DNA of 64,000 nucleotides from Obrimoposthia wandeli (lineage: Eukaryota). Position numbers and translations under genes: made by a program. Numbering within the stretch: the first letter of the stretch is position 1; the number at the start of each line of letters is the position of its first letter. The stretch is taken from contig CDROCS010002540.1 of NCBI GenBank assembly GCA_977020255.1, forward strand, positions 496,001 through 560,000, in the 5' to 3' direction. Positions 62,779 through 64,000 of the stretch are shown piece by piece. Under the pieces are notes generated by a model. The model saw only the letters and a program-made list of their open reading frames with translations, was not told the origin of the DNA and did not search any database.

Positions 62779-64000
62779 TTAAATATTTAATGAAATTCCA
62801 GTTAAATACACTATATAATTTACATCTCTTAAATTTGACACAATATTGAATATATTTATATTTCTAATGACCACATAAGGCTTTCTATAAGGAAATTCTC
62901 CTCCTAGCGTGCGATTATATATTCCCTTTTGGTATACTTCTTCCTTTTTTAAGTTAGTAATTAAAGTAAAGACTGTAGGATGGCTCATTTGTAGCATCTG
63001 CTGAAAAGACCCATGCCATGATTCAATGGCGTTATTGGAAGTTGGTATACCACTTAAGACAGCATCGCAGGAATTCCAAGAAGGGATCGAGTATCTTGGT
63101 ATTCTCCTTTCTTGGCTTATCCCATTAATTCTTCCAATATAGTTATCCTCGAAATAATCATAGATTTCTAGTGCATTGGTTGGAAATCCATCATTATTTT
63201 TTAAATATTCGAATCCTTGCACAACTTCTTCAATTGGCAGATATGACAAGCATGTCAATAATTTAATATATAAGCGAAAATTGTTAGTATTGTTCACGTA
63301 ATCAGATTTCATTCCAATGCTGCACACTTTTCGAAAAACTGATTGGCATAGATGGAAAAACATCCTCGAATTTGTGTTTCTGGGAACACAATTCTTATGC
63401 TTGACCTAAAAGCAACTTCAAACTCGCTCATTATTGTTAATGGGTTTAAATTTGGATTTAATGTTTTAATGATTGTTAAAATTTTGGTATATGTTCTTGC
63501 ATTTTTGTTTGTGCATAGTACGTACAATGCAGGTATTACAGTTTGATTGAATAGTATATGTATGGTATAAAGCTGGTAGAAAATTATTGGAACCACCTTG
63601 AACGTGCCATCACAAAACCAATGCCTGCATGTTTCAAGCCACGTTAAGCTATCATTTGTACCGAAAATTAGAATGCGTTCATTGGAAAATACAGTATCGG
63701 AAAGAAGAAAATTTTGTGACGATAAGGATAATTTATAAGATTCGGGTAATACCAAATCCAATGCCGAACTTGGATTTACTGGGTGTTGGTTTAGTGAACG
63801 TCTTTTTCTATTGATAACTTGTTTCATATTTTTTGATCTCATAATCTTAAATTGTGCTTCTGTACTTGTAATCACTAGAGAGTTTGCTATGATTTCTCTT
63901 GGTGTCATTTGATAAGAAGTTGCTTCAATTTTAATATCATTTTTCGTTTTTAAAAATTCGATTTTAACATTATCGGGTAAGTGATAATGTTCCCCTGATA
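62779..64000 (-). mobile_element. Mutator/MULE transposase, frameshifted, running off the window end
   Basis: HYHLPD; WFCDGTFKVVP..FYQLYTIH; GCF/FHLCQ; TSNNAIESWH. The two ORFs are offset by one missing T near 63360. Confidence 0.93.

Noticed and set aside
1-64000. Prokaryotic origin or alternative genetic code
   Set aside because: Spliceosomal introns, eukaryotic TE families and TTAGGG repeats are present. Stops in the relics are of all three types and come with frameshifts.

Overview
Very AT-rich eukaryotic (animal-type) DNA, mostly nested, decayed transposable elements. DNA transposon families seen: Tc1, maT DD37D, pogo/Tigger, several hAT clades, piggyBac, Merlin/ISXO2 and MULE. Retroelement relics seen: Ty3/gypsy, BEL/Pao and two DIRS-like RT pieces. 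Two host genes are supported, both on the minus strand. (1) TRM112 at 17552-17971, with one 36-bp intron. (2) A proteolipid-family (PLP/DM20/M6) tetraspan gene at 47731-60487 that is not evident from the ORF track. I assembled it by hand from six exons separated by 0.8-4.2 kb introns, most carrying TE relics, one with a GC donor; one exon junction is unresolved. There is also an orphan C2H2/BED-like zinc-finger exon, a 72-bp minisatellite with higher-order structure, and a palindromic MITE-like repeat carrying (CCCTAA)11 between 78-bp direct repeats. No rRNA, tRNA or CRISPR features were seen. Low GC, a tiny intron, TTAGGG repeats and an M6 gene are consistent with a reduced parasitic animal such as an orthonectid or, less likely, a myxozoan; this is inference only. 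Family calls come from motif recognition by eye, with no database searches, and relic coordinates are approximate.
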